A DNA stretch of 64,000 bases from Raillietiella orientalis (lineage: Eukaryota), in the NCBI GenBank assembly GCA_036172245.1, contig JAYWIR010000047.1, positions 496,001 to 560,000 of the forward strand. Direction: 5' to 3'. Shown piece after piece: positions 51,000-62,654 of this stretch. The first letter of the stretch is position 1. Each line of letters opens with the position of its first letter. Under the pieces are notes generated by a model. The model was not told the origin of the DNA. It worked only from the letters and a program-made list of their open reading frames with translations, and did not search any database. A program made the translations under genes and the position numbers.

Positions 51000-53900
51000 A
51001 GGGCTCCTTGTCATTTGGGAAGCTCAAGGAAAGCTGGTGTAACCATCGTCTCTGCAACGGTGTTGGAAGCTGAGAAGGACTCTGGCGTCCTGCTCGCTTT
51101 CCCGTGCATCAGGAGGAGATTGCAGGAGGCTCCCATCGGATTTTGGACATATCTTCTTCTGTGAAGATGTGGAGGAGGCGTATGGGAGGAGTGACCACAA
51201 ATGAGCGGAACAGCGCTCTCGTTTCAGGTGACCGGGGAGACGACCTCGACCATACTGAATGCATCTCTTCCCTCTCCCCAAGGAAGCACTCCTGACCTCC
51301 AAGACGATAGCGACAGACACGGCCCAGAAGGTCCGGATGCAGAGTCGTGTGATCCCATCCGCATCCGTCTCTCTGCCTGCTCAGGATCGGACTCTCTACC
51401 CTATACAGCTTCTTCATCCAGCTCCTCCTCTCCCATCCGTTTGCTTCCCTGCAATTTCTAGGGAATCTGAAAGCGTTTGCTTCTTCAGATGCGTTCGAGT
51501 TCTCTCGAACAAACCGGAGGGCATCGACAAACCGGCGCCTTGCATCTGAAGCTGCTGAGTCGGGAAAGTTCTGTAATATTCATCCTCCTTTCTCCAACTC
51601 CAAGAAAGAAAACATCCTGTGGTGAGCATTTGTTGGACTCTCTCGGCAGTACCCGACCTCTCTTCTTGTTCTTGCTTTCGTTCCTCCCGTCATCCATGAA
51701 ACCACTTGGTGCTGCAGCTCACATCACCGGGTTGCGTCCAACTTCATCTACTACGCCACCAGTTTAGCCTGGCGACAATCCTTTGGCTGACCCTGATATT
51801 CTGGGATGCCTTCTGGATCCTGGAAAAGCAGCATTTGGGTGTGTTCCTCTGCAAGCCGTTTCAATGGGTGCTGCCCTTCCTCCATGGGACTCTGCCCTCT
51901 TGACTTGAGCCCGGCTGAGGGTCCTTTCAAAATGCCGAGAAAGAACACCCCTTTTTCATTCTCCTTCACCTCTAGATATCTGCGTTTCTATTAGAATAAA
52001 CCTGGAGCATTAGTGAGCGCAAGCCTCCTGGTACAAAGCGCTTGCCTTTCTTGTCGCAATCGTATCTCGAGCCTCAGGTCGTTGGCTCCAAGTTACACAT
52101 TCCCGGAAAGCTCGGCAGCGGTCCTTCTAAGTAACCGTATCAAATTCCAAAAGATGCTGCCGCCCTCTCATCTCGTTCTCCTCGGCTCAGTTGAACCCAA
52201 TTGCATTACGTTCCGGTTCTCATCCCCCATTTCCCAACACTAGAAGGTCCCCCCCCCGTACCTCCCTCCCACGCCGCTCTCATCAGCGCCCAGCACTGCA
52301 GGTTGTGGAAACGTTCCAGTCGCTTCCCTTTTTAGCGAATCCTTTTACAGCTCCTTTGTTATGGCGGATTCGTGTCCTCAGTGAAATTTATGATCACGAA
52401 TCCTTCTGGAACTCCCTCCACTACAACTGAGAAGAGAGCGCCGTCTTTTCCGTCTGCATCGCTTGTCAAACCCCGTTATCCAAGATCTGGTTATCGTCAT
52501 TCTGAAAGCAGCCGAAAGGGAAACGCTTTATTGAAGCAGCTTCATTAAGAACACATTTGTTTCCATCTTCGAGGCAGCATAGATAAATCGATTCTAGAAC
52601 CAGGGATCCAGAACTTCAGCATCCCGTTAAAGAAACGCTAACCATCTTCCAGAGTCTCTCTGCAGGTAAACCAACACATAACATTTTATTGGGACCAATC
52701 AGCTGATCTTGCCAGAGCGCCACCTTGGCTCTGGAACAGCGCTTATAGAGCTTTTAGATCAGCCATGTCGGAGAAATCCACTTGGTTGGATTCAACTTGC
52801 TCACGGGAGGTGTCTAGAAAGTTCCGGATATGAAATCAGCAACCAGGACTGGGACGGAGGCTTTTAACATGGGGTTACTTGAGTTCAGTTTCCTCAGCAC
52901 GCCGCCTACACTCGGAAACCCGTGCACCCAGGGCACCGAAGGAGAGAGTTTTTCACATGACCTTAAGACTTTGCGTCTCATAGTAGTGCTGGAACACCTC
53001 GAATTTCATCCGTTTAGCGGCTGGAGCTTCCACAAAAGAGCCCTGCTTACTTTCAGAAGGGAAGTTGATATCTACTATGTCCACATGAGAAGAAGACGAG
53101 GCGATGACATCCAATCTTAATGGATTGTCGGTTTCAGGAGTTTCTTTGCCTTGGCTTCATCGACTCTGGTTCCATTCTTGTGTTTACAATTTCTTCAGAA
53201 GAAGAATATGGTCTCTTGGGATGCAGTTCTTTGTTCCACTACCTCTAAATACATATAGCATAGTTATGCTGTAGTATGCAGATCAGGGCATCCAGGCAGG
53301 AGATCTCTGTGGAGGTTCGGCACTGTTGGCAAGAAGCTACACCAGCAATCACACCCCAGACCGCGCTTCACATTTACATCTGAAGGAAAGACCAAGGTGT
53401 CGGAAGCAACGATGCAGAACGTGGCTGAAGGTTTCCTTCGGACACATGCACTGTGTCGACACTGTTTTTGGAATCCGGATGCTATCGGAAGCTATTGAGA
53501 GTCCGTTTTTTCCATCTCGACTGATGAATAAACCACCATTCGCAAAAGCTGTAACCTGTCACATTGATTGCATGGGATAAGATGAGAATGAGGTGCAGTC
53601 CTCTCTGGCCAGGCTTGGCACTTTCGCACAACCAGAGCGCCGTTGCAGATTGCGGGTGCAATGCTTCTGCGAATCCGTCGTCCGCTTTTCCTTTCGAATA
53701 GACATCGTGTCCTCTCGGGTTTTAAGTTTTCAGCGAGGAGTTTCCAGTGACTCTGAGCGAACTTGCCGCTTCCTGTTTCTTCCTCATCTGAAGTGTGCAC
53801 CTTCACATATCGAGTTCACGTTTCATCACATATCTTCAGCAGCCTTCCTACAAACCGACCAAGATTCTTCTTGCAACTCCGAACACTTCAGCATTCTTAT

Positions 53901-54550
53901 GCTTGTTGGCAGTCGCCTTTATCCACGAGTTGTATTCCTCCGATAGGCTACCGCGGCCAGATGGGAGCTTCCCAACAGGCACAGAGTACGCTCACGTGCC
54001 CAAACAGTGAAGAAAGACACGAACTCTCTTGTGAAGACGAACATGAGTCTGAAAAACGAGAAGAGTAGCGAAGGAATCAGTTTCTCTGGAGATTTACAGA
54101 TATGGTTGGCTTTCATCGATGTTGGCCTCAGTTCCATTCCTAGGAGGCATAGGTGGAGCAATGCCCGTGTCAGTTAGCATCTCATGAGACCATGCAGATG
54201 AATTAAAATCAGACAAAGGACAGCAGAAGTCCATGTGTGCAATATTTCTCCTTCCCCAAGTAAGCATTCACATTTCTGGTCCCAAAGAATTCTTTCAAAA
54301 GCGTACGGCTTCCCATTGCGAAGACAATGGGCAGCGTACCTCGTGCCGATCTTTCGCTTTTTCCGAATTCTCCTTGTACCGCTTTCCATCTTAATGTAGC
54401 CGAAGAGACGCAGAAGGGATTCGTTAAAGAGGCCGCTGCTTTATCGAGCTATTTGGCACTCCCTACCGACTTAAGGGAAAATCTGATTAAATTCTTGGGA
54501 AGCTAACGACTCCCATTTCTTCCGGTCGCAAAACTTCAGCAACGTTTCCT
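51000..54550 (-). mobile_element. Degenerate L1/Tx1-like LINE ORF2 relic
   Basis: Ordered remnants: 'STYAS' (cf. NVYAP), 'GSGKFAQSHWKLLAENL' (cf. GxGxWKLNxxLL), 'KETPETD' (cf. KSPGPDG), 'ADLKAL' (cf. DxxKAFD), 'DADG' (cf. YADD), 'ENEKG(G)' (cf. K..GGLG). Confidence 0.6.
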
Positions 54551-55009
54551 CAGTTCCGACTCTCTCACTCCCGTTTTTCTTTCGGTGTATTTATCTGGTG
54601 CTTCTCATCTTACAAGGGTTGCCATCTCACAACAATAAACACAAAATAGGGAGGCTTAAGATGCACAGAGAATGTCATCCAAGGAAGAATTTATGGTTCG
54701 AAAAAATTTTTTTTTTTTTAAAAAAAAAGGTTTCCCTTCTTCTAAAAGATGTTTTCATTCTTCATGTTGACATTTCGCAGAACATAAAAAAGCACACAGA
54801 ACTATTGTGTCCATCAGTAGTGATTTCATAATGCCATTTCTTCAAACATGGGATATTTTGCTTCAGACAGTCTCAGTTTCCTTTAATTTTATTAAGGTGA
54901 AGCGCGATATCCACTCTTCAAGAGAAACAAATAAATTAAAAGATCAAAACGTGAGAAAGCTTTGAGATTTCCCTTTTTTTCCAATCCGTTGACACCTTTG
55001 TGTTTGGGC

Positions 55010-56162
55010 CTGTTGTGAACGGATGTCTTATGAGCATTTGCTTTTTCGTTGCCTATGGTAGATTTGCTGCTCCGATTTCCAGGACAGTCATCTCGAGAGA
55101 TGTGCTAGTCAGGAGCCACACTGCGTCTCCCCCGTCACTTGGGAATTCGAATCTCCTTTGATCCGAACCTTGTTACGTGCGTGCCGTCTTCGCGGCGCAT
55201 AGCTGGTCCGTCGACGTGATCTTCTTCCTCTCCTTTCATTCATGCGCTGCTCATATATAAGTAGCATGCACGTATACCTACCCACTCCATCGAGGTAAGG
55301 CTTCGCGAGATGTTCTACACTGCACACCAATCGTCTGATGCAGGTACGGGGAGTTCTTCCGTCTCATCTGGCCGCCTGTCTGCTCCAGCGGTGTGCTGCC
55401 CCGCGCCACCATTTCGGATGCAACGAGCGCCAATCTGGGAACTCGGAACCAAAACCAATGAGCCGACGCTCCTCTATTTCGATTTTCACTTCCGGTTGCA
55501 CGGGGTATGCGGGGGTTGGGGAGGGATCGTCCAGACCATGCAGCCGGTGACGGTCATCTTCGGACCCCGAGTGCGTCGACGATAGATGTGCAGCCTGCAA
55601 GATGGAGACGAAGGAGCAGCGCCTTCGCGGACCCACGGTCCGTACAGAACGCAAGGCGGTGCCTCGGAAGCGCCGGAAGGGAAAAGCATGGCCGAAGGCG
55701 AACGCACGAACACGCTTCTCGCGTGTTCGTGCGTGGCTGTTGTCCCAACGCCCCGCTGCCCAGCCGGGGCAACGGCGAACCGCTCCGGAGGCTGTTGGCG
55801 GCGACCAAGTCCCTTTCCCGGTTTGGCTGCGGATGCGCGAGTCAGCAGCAGGTTGGCGGAGCAGCGAGCCCCGCGTAGGCAAGAAGCCGATGCCCACCCG
55901 AACACAGCTCGCACGAAAGCGGCCCGCATGTGGCCCGCTCGGAACGCTTGCTGCGGAGGACTCTGCTGCCCGCGTTCATCCGCATCTTGTTGATGGGTGC
56001 TTTCCCTGTTGCCGGGACGGCAGCCTCTTGCACCGCCGCCGGGAGGTGGCCCTGTGCGGGCGACGCCTCGTGATCATAACGGGTGTCGCATCCTCCCATC
56101 CGAGGATAAAAGATCCATCGCGAAACGTGGACGAGCAGAAAGGAATCGCGGTGTGGCGAGTG
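55010..56162. repeat. Composite repeat copy 2: rc(B) (55010-55156) + 942-bp core (55161-56102) + rc(A) (56104-56162)
   Basis: Direct comparison with 31508-32669: core in the same orientation, flanks swapped and reverse-complemented. Confidence 0.97.
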
Positions 56163-59100
56163 GACAAATCGGATCGGAGGATGTGTTGGGGTGTTGGGAA
56201 CGGGAGTTACGGCTGTGGGGCAGCTGCCAGTCGGTGATCGGTGGCTTTCGTCAGCTTTTTCGCTTCTCTTTGGAGCTCCCGAACGAAAACGGCAAGGAGG
56301 TGATGCACCGAAGCATCCCCCAAACAGGTCCTTTCCTTCAGGATTAGTTCCTGCACATGCTAAAACTTAATCTTTCGCTTCCACAGTGCCTGCTTCTTCT
56401 TCTCCTCTCCCCCTTCCCTCCCTCCCCCTTAAAATTTTAGTTGACTCTTTTTGAAAACTAAGGCGAAGTGATGTTGAGAAACATTTCTGCTTGTTTGTTG
56501 GTCACAGTTTGATGCACCTTCGAATTCGCGACTTTGTCCACGATGTTTCATGGAGACACATCTGCTAGATTGCAGTGTTTGGATCCGAAACTTTTGTGAA
56601 CACAGGAAATGGCCGTGAATCGTTCTGAACTGTCTCCTCCCTTTTAATTAGTCCACGTGGTCATTGTGTGGCTGAACGTCAATTTCGTGGAAAGTCGAAG
56701 CTTCCTGATGAATACCACAGAGATCGGTTCAAAAAGTACCACACGCCACATGACACAAAGTTGGGTGTAAAATCGACCATCGAATTTCCTGTCGGAGGAT
56801 GCTCATCTTGGCCTTTCATCTTCGAGTTGTGTTCTGCTGTGGCGGAAGCGGAGCTTCTGAAGAATGAAGCCTGCCCATCCCACTGTGGGTCCTGGGGCTG
56901 TGGTCCGGAATGCTCAGAAGATCCCCAGCTGCACTTATGATATGCGAATGAGAATTTCTGATGAACTGCATGAACCATGATGGGAGTCGAACAGGAATTC
57001 GGTGCCGACCAACAATTTACCACTGCTGCAAAAGAACGTAAAGAGTGGGGCACTTGAACAGTTCGTCTATAAGGATAAAGATAAAGGAAGCCAGAAAAGC
57101 CACGAGCAAGCCGGAAATGTTTTTGGAAGCATCGGTTAGCAAGAAGGTCCGCCGATTTGAGAATAATTCTGCCGAAAAATGGGTGCATCCAGAAGAGCAC
57201 GACCCAAAAGTGGAGCAAACCCAACCAATGCACTCGTTCGATTTAAATAATGCTGACAGACATTGAGGAAAAAAGACAGCGAGAAAGGAAAACACGAAAC
57301 GTACAGCTACGAAAGCGCGAATCGGAAGAAAACAAAAAAAGAAAGGTTCGACGGTCAGCTGCCGACAGTCCAACTTTCCAGAGAGAATAAACGAAAATGC
57401 ACTTTGCCGGGGCTGTGGTGGCTGCCACAGCCTGGGACTTTTTTTTTGGGGTGGGGGTGGGGCGCCGTTCTTTCGCGGTGACGACCGCGGCGTGTTGACC
57501 CTATCCGCCCCACGATCTCTGCGGATCTCTGCGAACGGCAGCTTCCGTGACCGTGCGCCGGAAGGCGTTGCGGGGGTGCTGGGTGGGGGAGGGGAGGGTC
57601 CCCAGCGTCTTTTTGCGCGGCGGACTCGTGTTTGACTGCAAGTGCGTTTCCAGCAACAGCATTTCTCCCTCCCCCCTTTTCGAACGAGGTGCGCGCACGC
57701 CCACGGCCGGTTCCCCCCGGAAATTCTCCGTGGAAACCCCCCAAAGTCACTGTGTGCAAGAAACCAACTGCTGGTGCGTCAGCCTGAAGGTGATCGGGGC
57801 CTACATTTGGGCAGGCTCGGCCACACGCGCAAAGTGGGGAGGGGGGGGGGGGCTTTGCACGCACCCACACGTATTATGGGGCTAGAGGACATGGATGCTT
57901 GGTATGCCCCGTGCATCAATTTTAGTGCTGGAATTACTTCCGTGCTTGAAACGAATGCAGCCTGCAGTCATTTGCTGACGACAGATTGCAAGCCATGTAA
58001 ACACGCAAACGTCTGCACCTGAAATGTACGGTACACGGTTGTGGCTTGGTGCACGACACCGTGTGAAGTGTGCAGTAAATTTATTAAGAATTGTCTTCCC
58101 CACAGCGGGTCAGCAAGCGAGCGAGAATATCAGCTTTTCAAATGGATAGTCCACATTATGAAGTACCACGTGAATTAAAAGTGAGTATTTGCAGTGGTAT
58201 TGTGTTGTATACAAAAAAAAAAAAAAAAAAAAAGAGGAACTGGATTCGTTAAATCTGTTATCTACGGTGTTTACTGAATGATACAATGATGTGCCAATTT
58301 GCAGTATATCTGACTACATTGTGATTCATTCGTATCATATATTAGGAAAGCCATTCAGCGTTGAAGTGTGTAAAATGTGAACCGTAGAGATGTCTTTAAG
58401 GTGTATTTTTTGAGGATTACGTATTCAGACGAATACTTAAAGCACATAATTCCATGTCAAATGTGGTTTGGCGTTGGAAATCAAGAACCAGGTCGTGGTG
58501 ATCACATTTTTATGCAGTGTTCCATCATCATCAGTGTTTAATGTTTGTCCAGACAGTTAGCAAGGCGTATTTTGGCCTCCATATTAAAAGGAAAATATGT
58601 GATAGCCAACGATGGAATGGAATCTATTCCTCACTATTGATTTTTAACTCAAAAACAAAAGCGCAGTTTGCCGAGATTTTAAATTGACATCAAAGCAATG
58701 ATTCTTATTCAGAATTTATTGTATGTGTTTTGCTGCTTGGCTGCACCAACAAAGGCAGGGCCTTAATTCGATGGATGATGAAAGATAGAAATGTTCATTC
58801 TCTGCAAAATTCTTCTTGCAGGTTCACTATACAACCATCTTTTAGAAAAGTGAAAACCAGTACTAGTGTTTTTTGGATTTCCCATTTCTATCTAAAAGAT
58901 TTTTGCTTTCAGTGCTGCAAACTGCCCCCTGCTATTTACGAAACATTCGAATTGTAGATAGAAGGAACTGTATTTTGTAATTTATATTTTGCATGCAATG
59001 GGACATGTATGAAAGAATTTGTTTTTTGCCCTCCAGTTTTCTGTGCATTGAAGTTTCTTAAAACAATATTTTATCAGAATGTTAATGCATGTACATTTGA

Positions 59101-59911
59101 AAAATCAGCATCCTTAACGTAAAAAGTCAAGGTATAATGAGCCTATTCAAAATTTTAAATATACATTAAATACATTTTAAAACCAATAATGACGATCATC
59201 AATATTTCTTGGCACATTTGATATGAACAATATTATTCTTATATGGGAAAATTCCTGAAGCATTATTTCTTAAGAATAATTTTTTTTTCTCTTCAACTTC
59301 CCATAACCATAATGTAGGAGCCCTTCTTGAAGAATGAGTGTGCAAATAAATTTGGGAATTTTTTATTTGTTAAATTATTTTCTATCATTAGTATTTTAGA
59401 ATTTCAGAATCAAGCTTTCTTTTATGATTTTTGAACGGTTTCTAATAACCCATAAGACTTATAACATTTGTTTGAAGTTCCCTTGAAGTATAAGCATGTT
59501 CCATGATCAAAAAGTATCATTCATTGATGTATCCTCAAGTGCCTCAAAAAGCCATAATCATAGGGATAGCCACATGTGGGAATTTGTTTTGGTTTGTAGT
59601 TGGAATAATAGTGCAAGGTGATAAAAGAATCATCAGTTTATTGTACCAAATATGAATATGAGAAGAGAAGTAATATCTACAAAACAAATGTGTTGGTTGA
59701 ATTTTGTTTTTTATCTATGACCATGAGCAGTGATTTTAGAAAATGTAAGGTGGCAAAAGGTGATATAATGAATCAAAGGTTGTTTTCCACCCATACAACA
59801 GATATTCCAAAGCCACTTTTCAGTCCCCAAATTTTGTAACTTGAGTTTAGGTTAAACTCATCAATGGATGTCTCATTAAAAATAAAAAAATCGAATTTTA
59901 AAAGGTTTCCA

Positions 59912-60059
59912 ATTTTAATTATTTTGATCTTTTTGTCTTGTTTACAGATTATACCACCTTCATGTTGGTTCTTATTTTGGCTAATTGGCTTTAGTTACTC
60001 ACAGAACACCTGCTGCTTCAGTATATGTAGGACCTGTGCATTTAGCTTGTAAGTAGGAA
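59912..60059 (+). pseudogene. Degenerate duplicate of a PKA-R exon with its splice sites (source 61878-62030)
   Basis: Matches intron 3' end + exon + GTAAGTAGGAA donor. Carries a 1-nt insertion, GAA>TAA at the FGE codon, CGT>CCT at the cAMP-binding Arg, and a 3-nt deletion. Confidence 0.9.
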
Positions 60060-60567
60060 GTGTAGTTATGGCTGTCATATGCATCGGAATTTTCAATTGT
60101 ACCAATTAATAGAGGTATCTATGCACCAATATAAGTTGCAAACTACTTTAGTAGTCTAAAGTTCAAAAATTGGTTTGCATTTTTAGAGTTATAATTGTAT
60201 TTTTTTTGGTTTGATTTGGTTTGAAGAGGTCTCAGTGAAAAGACTAGGATCTCAGTAGTACTCATTTTGTGTTGAATCAAGCTGATTTCCGTTTTTGGTT
60301 TGTCAGATTTCTTTGTTTTCTTAAATGTGTTCTTATATCAATAGATTTAAGCATGATTATGATATACTTGCTTCAGTATGCTTTCAATGTACATGTGATG
60401 CAACATTCTTCCATTTCTTGAAGGTTTTGTATACAATTTCCAAGTTTTCACAGAATTGGCAGAAAATTTAGCGAGTAATGTATGACTGGCAGTGTCTGTT
60501 TGGGGCTTTCATAGACACAATATTTGTATGTTTTATTACAGGAATTAAAGCAGGTTTTATTTTTAAG

Positions 60568-62194
60568 GAAATCTTATTGGAATTTACCATTGCAGTGCTG
60601 GTTCAGCGGCCCAATGACATAATTAATTTTGCATCTGAATACTTTACGAAATTGAGAGATGTGAAAAGAAGTTTAAATCTTGGAGGGAGTTTTGAAGAAG
60701 CCAGTTCTGAAGAAGCAATCTCTGAAGTTTCAAGTGGTACGCTCATGTTGGTTTCCTTTTAGAACATGGTGTTTGCATGTTTTCTGCAGTTGTATTTGAT
60801 TACATGATTATCTATTATATAAGTGTATATTCACTGTTTTTTTTTTTACTGTAGCTATTTACTTTATGGCATTTTTGTTCCAAAATTAGGATCAGTCATG
60901 GTGATTCCAGTAAATGCTTCCAGAAGGAAGTCTGTATTTGCAGAGACATTTGATCCTGAAAAAGAATCCAACACAGATAAAGTCGTTTATCCAAAATCGG
61001 AAGAAGAAAGAGAAAGACTAAGAAAAGCAGTGGGAAAACTGTTTCTGTTTCGATCATTGGACTTAGTAAGAAGTGCAGTTTTTAGTGCACCATGTTCAAA
61101 ATTGCAAATGCTTAACAATACACGAGAATTCAAGAAAGCTTTGAAAGCTAACAATACTAAAAGCAGCATGTCGATATTTTTACAATAGCAAATTTACTTC
61201 TACAGAATGAAATGGATGATGTATTGGATGCTATGTTCGAACGTAAGATTGCTGCTGGTGAGACCATCATTTCTCAAGGTGATGATGGAGATAATTTTTA
61301 TGTAATAGAAAAGTAAGAAGTAATTAGGAATAAAGATTTACACTACCACATGGTTAGTGGAATTTATGACATCTTTGTTAAGGGTGACAAGGATGCAAAA
61401 TCCAGGTGGATCGGAAAGTATGAAAATTGTGGCTGTTTTGGAGAACTCTCACTCCTGTATAATGTGCCTCGAGCTGCAACAATCAAGTCAGTTACTGAAG
61501 GACGCCTTTGGGCAATGGGCAGAAGCGTTTTCCGTCGTATTCTTCTGTCTTCGGCTTTTAAGAAAAGAAAAACATATGAAGATTTTTTGCAGAATGTACC
61601 TCTTTTAAAAAGTTTGGAGGTATTTGACTTGAGCAATCAACAGATATGCAGTGTACTCATTCTTGTAATCTTGATTATTTTTCTGAGTTACAAAGGTTCT
61701 ACATTGCAGAAATATGAACTGATGGTATTAGCTGATGCGCTAATTCCAAAATTATATGAGGATGGAGAACAGATTATTCAGCAAGGTGATGTTGCTGATG
61801 GAATGTATTTTGTTGAGACAGGTACAGTGAGAGTGACGATGGTGGATGAAAATGGAGAGGAAAAAGAGGTGCTGGTTATTTTAATTATTTTGATCTTCTT
61901 TTTGTCTTGTTTACAGATTAGTCGCCTTCATGTCGGCTCTTATTTTGGCGAATTGGCTTTAGTTACTCACAGAACACGTGCTGCTTCAGTATATGCTGTA
62001 GGACCTGTGCGTTTAGCTTGTAAGTAGGAAAAGCAGATTCCCATGACAAAAAGGAAATTTAAGTTTTGAGCGTGGATGCATTTGAGCGATTGCTGGGTCC
62101 TTGCATGGAAATCATCAAGCGTAATATCGTTGATTATGAGACCCAGGTGCAGTCAAGCTTTGGCTTCAAAGTCAAGCTCTCAGAACTTAATTGA
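60568..62194 (+). CDS. Pka-R2: cAMP-dependent protein kinase type II regulatory subunit (first coding exon not located)
   Basis: Exons ~60568-60736, 60890-61065, 61206-61312, 61358-61619, 61710-61868, 61917-62019, 62064-62194. D/D domain ([11 protein letters not shown]...FASEYFTKL), inhibitory site RRKSV (Ser = type II), two cNMP cassettes ([28 protein letters not shown]), C-terminal [16 protein letters not shown]. Confidence 0.95.
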
Positions 62195-62654
62195 TTAAGG
62201 TAAAAATGCTGTTTAATGCACTTGATAACCAGTATATATCTCCTTTTCTAGTGTATTGATACAGGAACGCCTTGATTCCTTATATTTGTGTGCTTGCTTG
62301 ACCATGTTATTTCAATTGTTAGCATTGCATATATCAAAATACTATGTAGTTTTTCAGATGAAAAACACCCTTTTTAATGTTTCTCGCAATAAATTCTTTT
62401 TTGTCGTATATATACTAGGATTTGAAAGACCACATTAGTAAAGTTAAAAGAAGTTGTTGTTTATAATTAAAGTTGTAAACAGTGGCATCCATGTGTGCTC
62501 ATCTGGTGCACTTTGTGGTGTTGACACCCTGATATTGTCTACCATATGAATGAGTTCATAATGATCATAAAATTGATGGTGCTCCAGCCTTAGATTACCC
62601 TTTTTGGGATTACATTTCCCTCAGTGATATCAGTGTTTCTTTGAGCAAGGTACA

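Noticed and set aside
31580..56102. The two identical cores as LTRs of a single 24.5-kb LTR retrotransposon
   Set aside because: TGTTAC...CA occurs near the core ends, but there is no matching TSD, no evident PBS, and no gag/pol/integrase between them. The interior is LINE debris and the flanks are inverted copies.
24000..58000. Hundreds of overlapping 60-300 aa ORFs, e.g. 49369-50265, 40715-41506, 41507-42286
   Set aside because: Expected in GC-rich TE debris. They overlap in many frames, are R/G/P/S-rich and show no intact domain. 49369-50265 may be an ORF1 remnant but I cannot support it.
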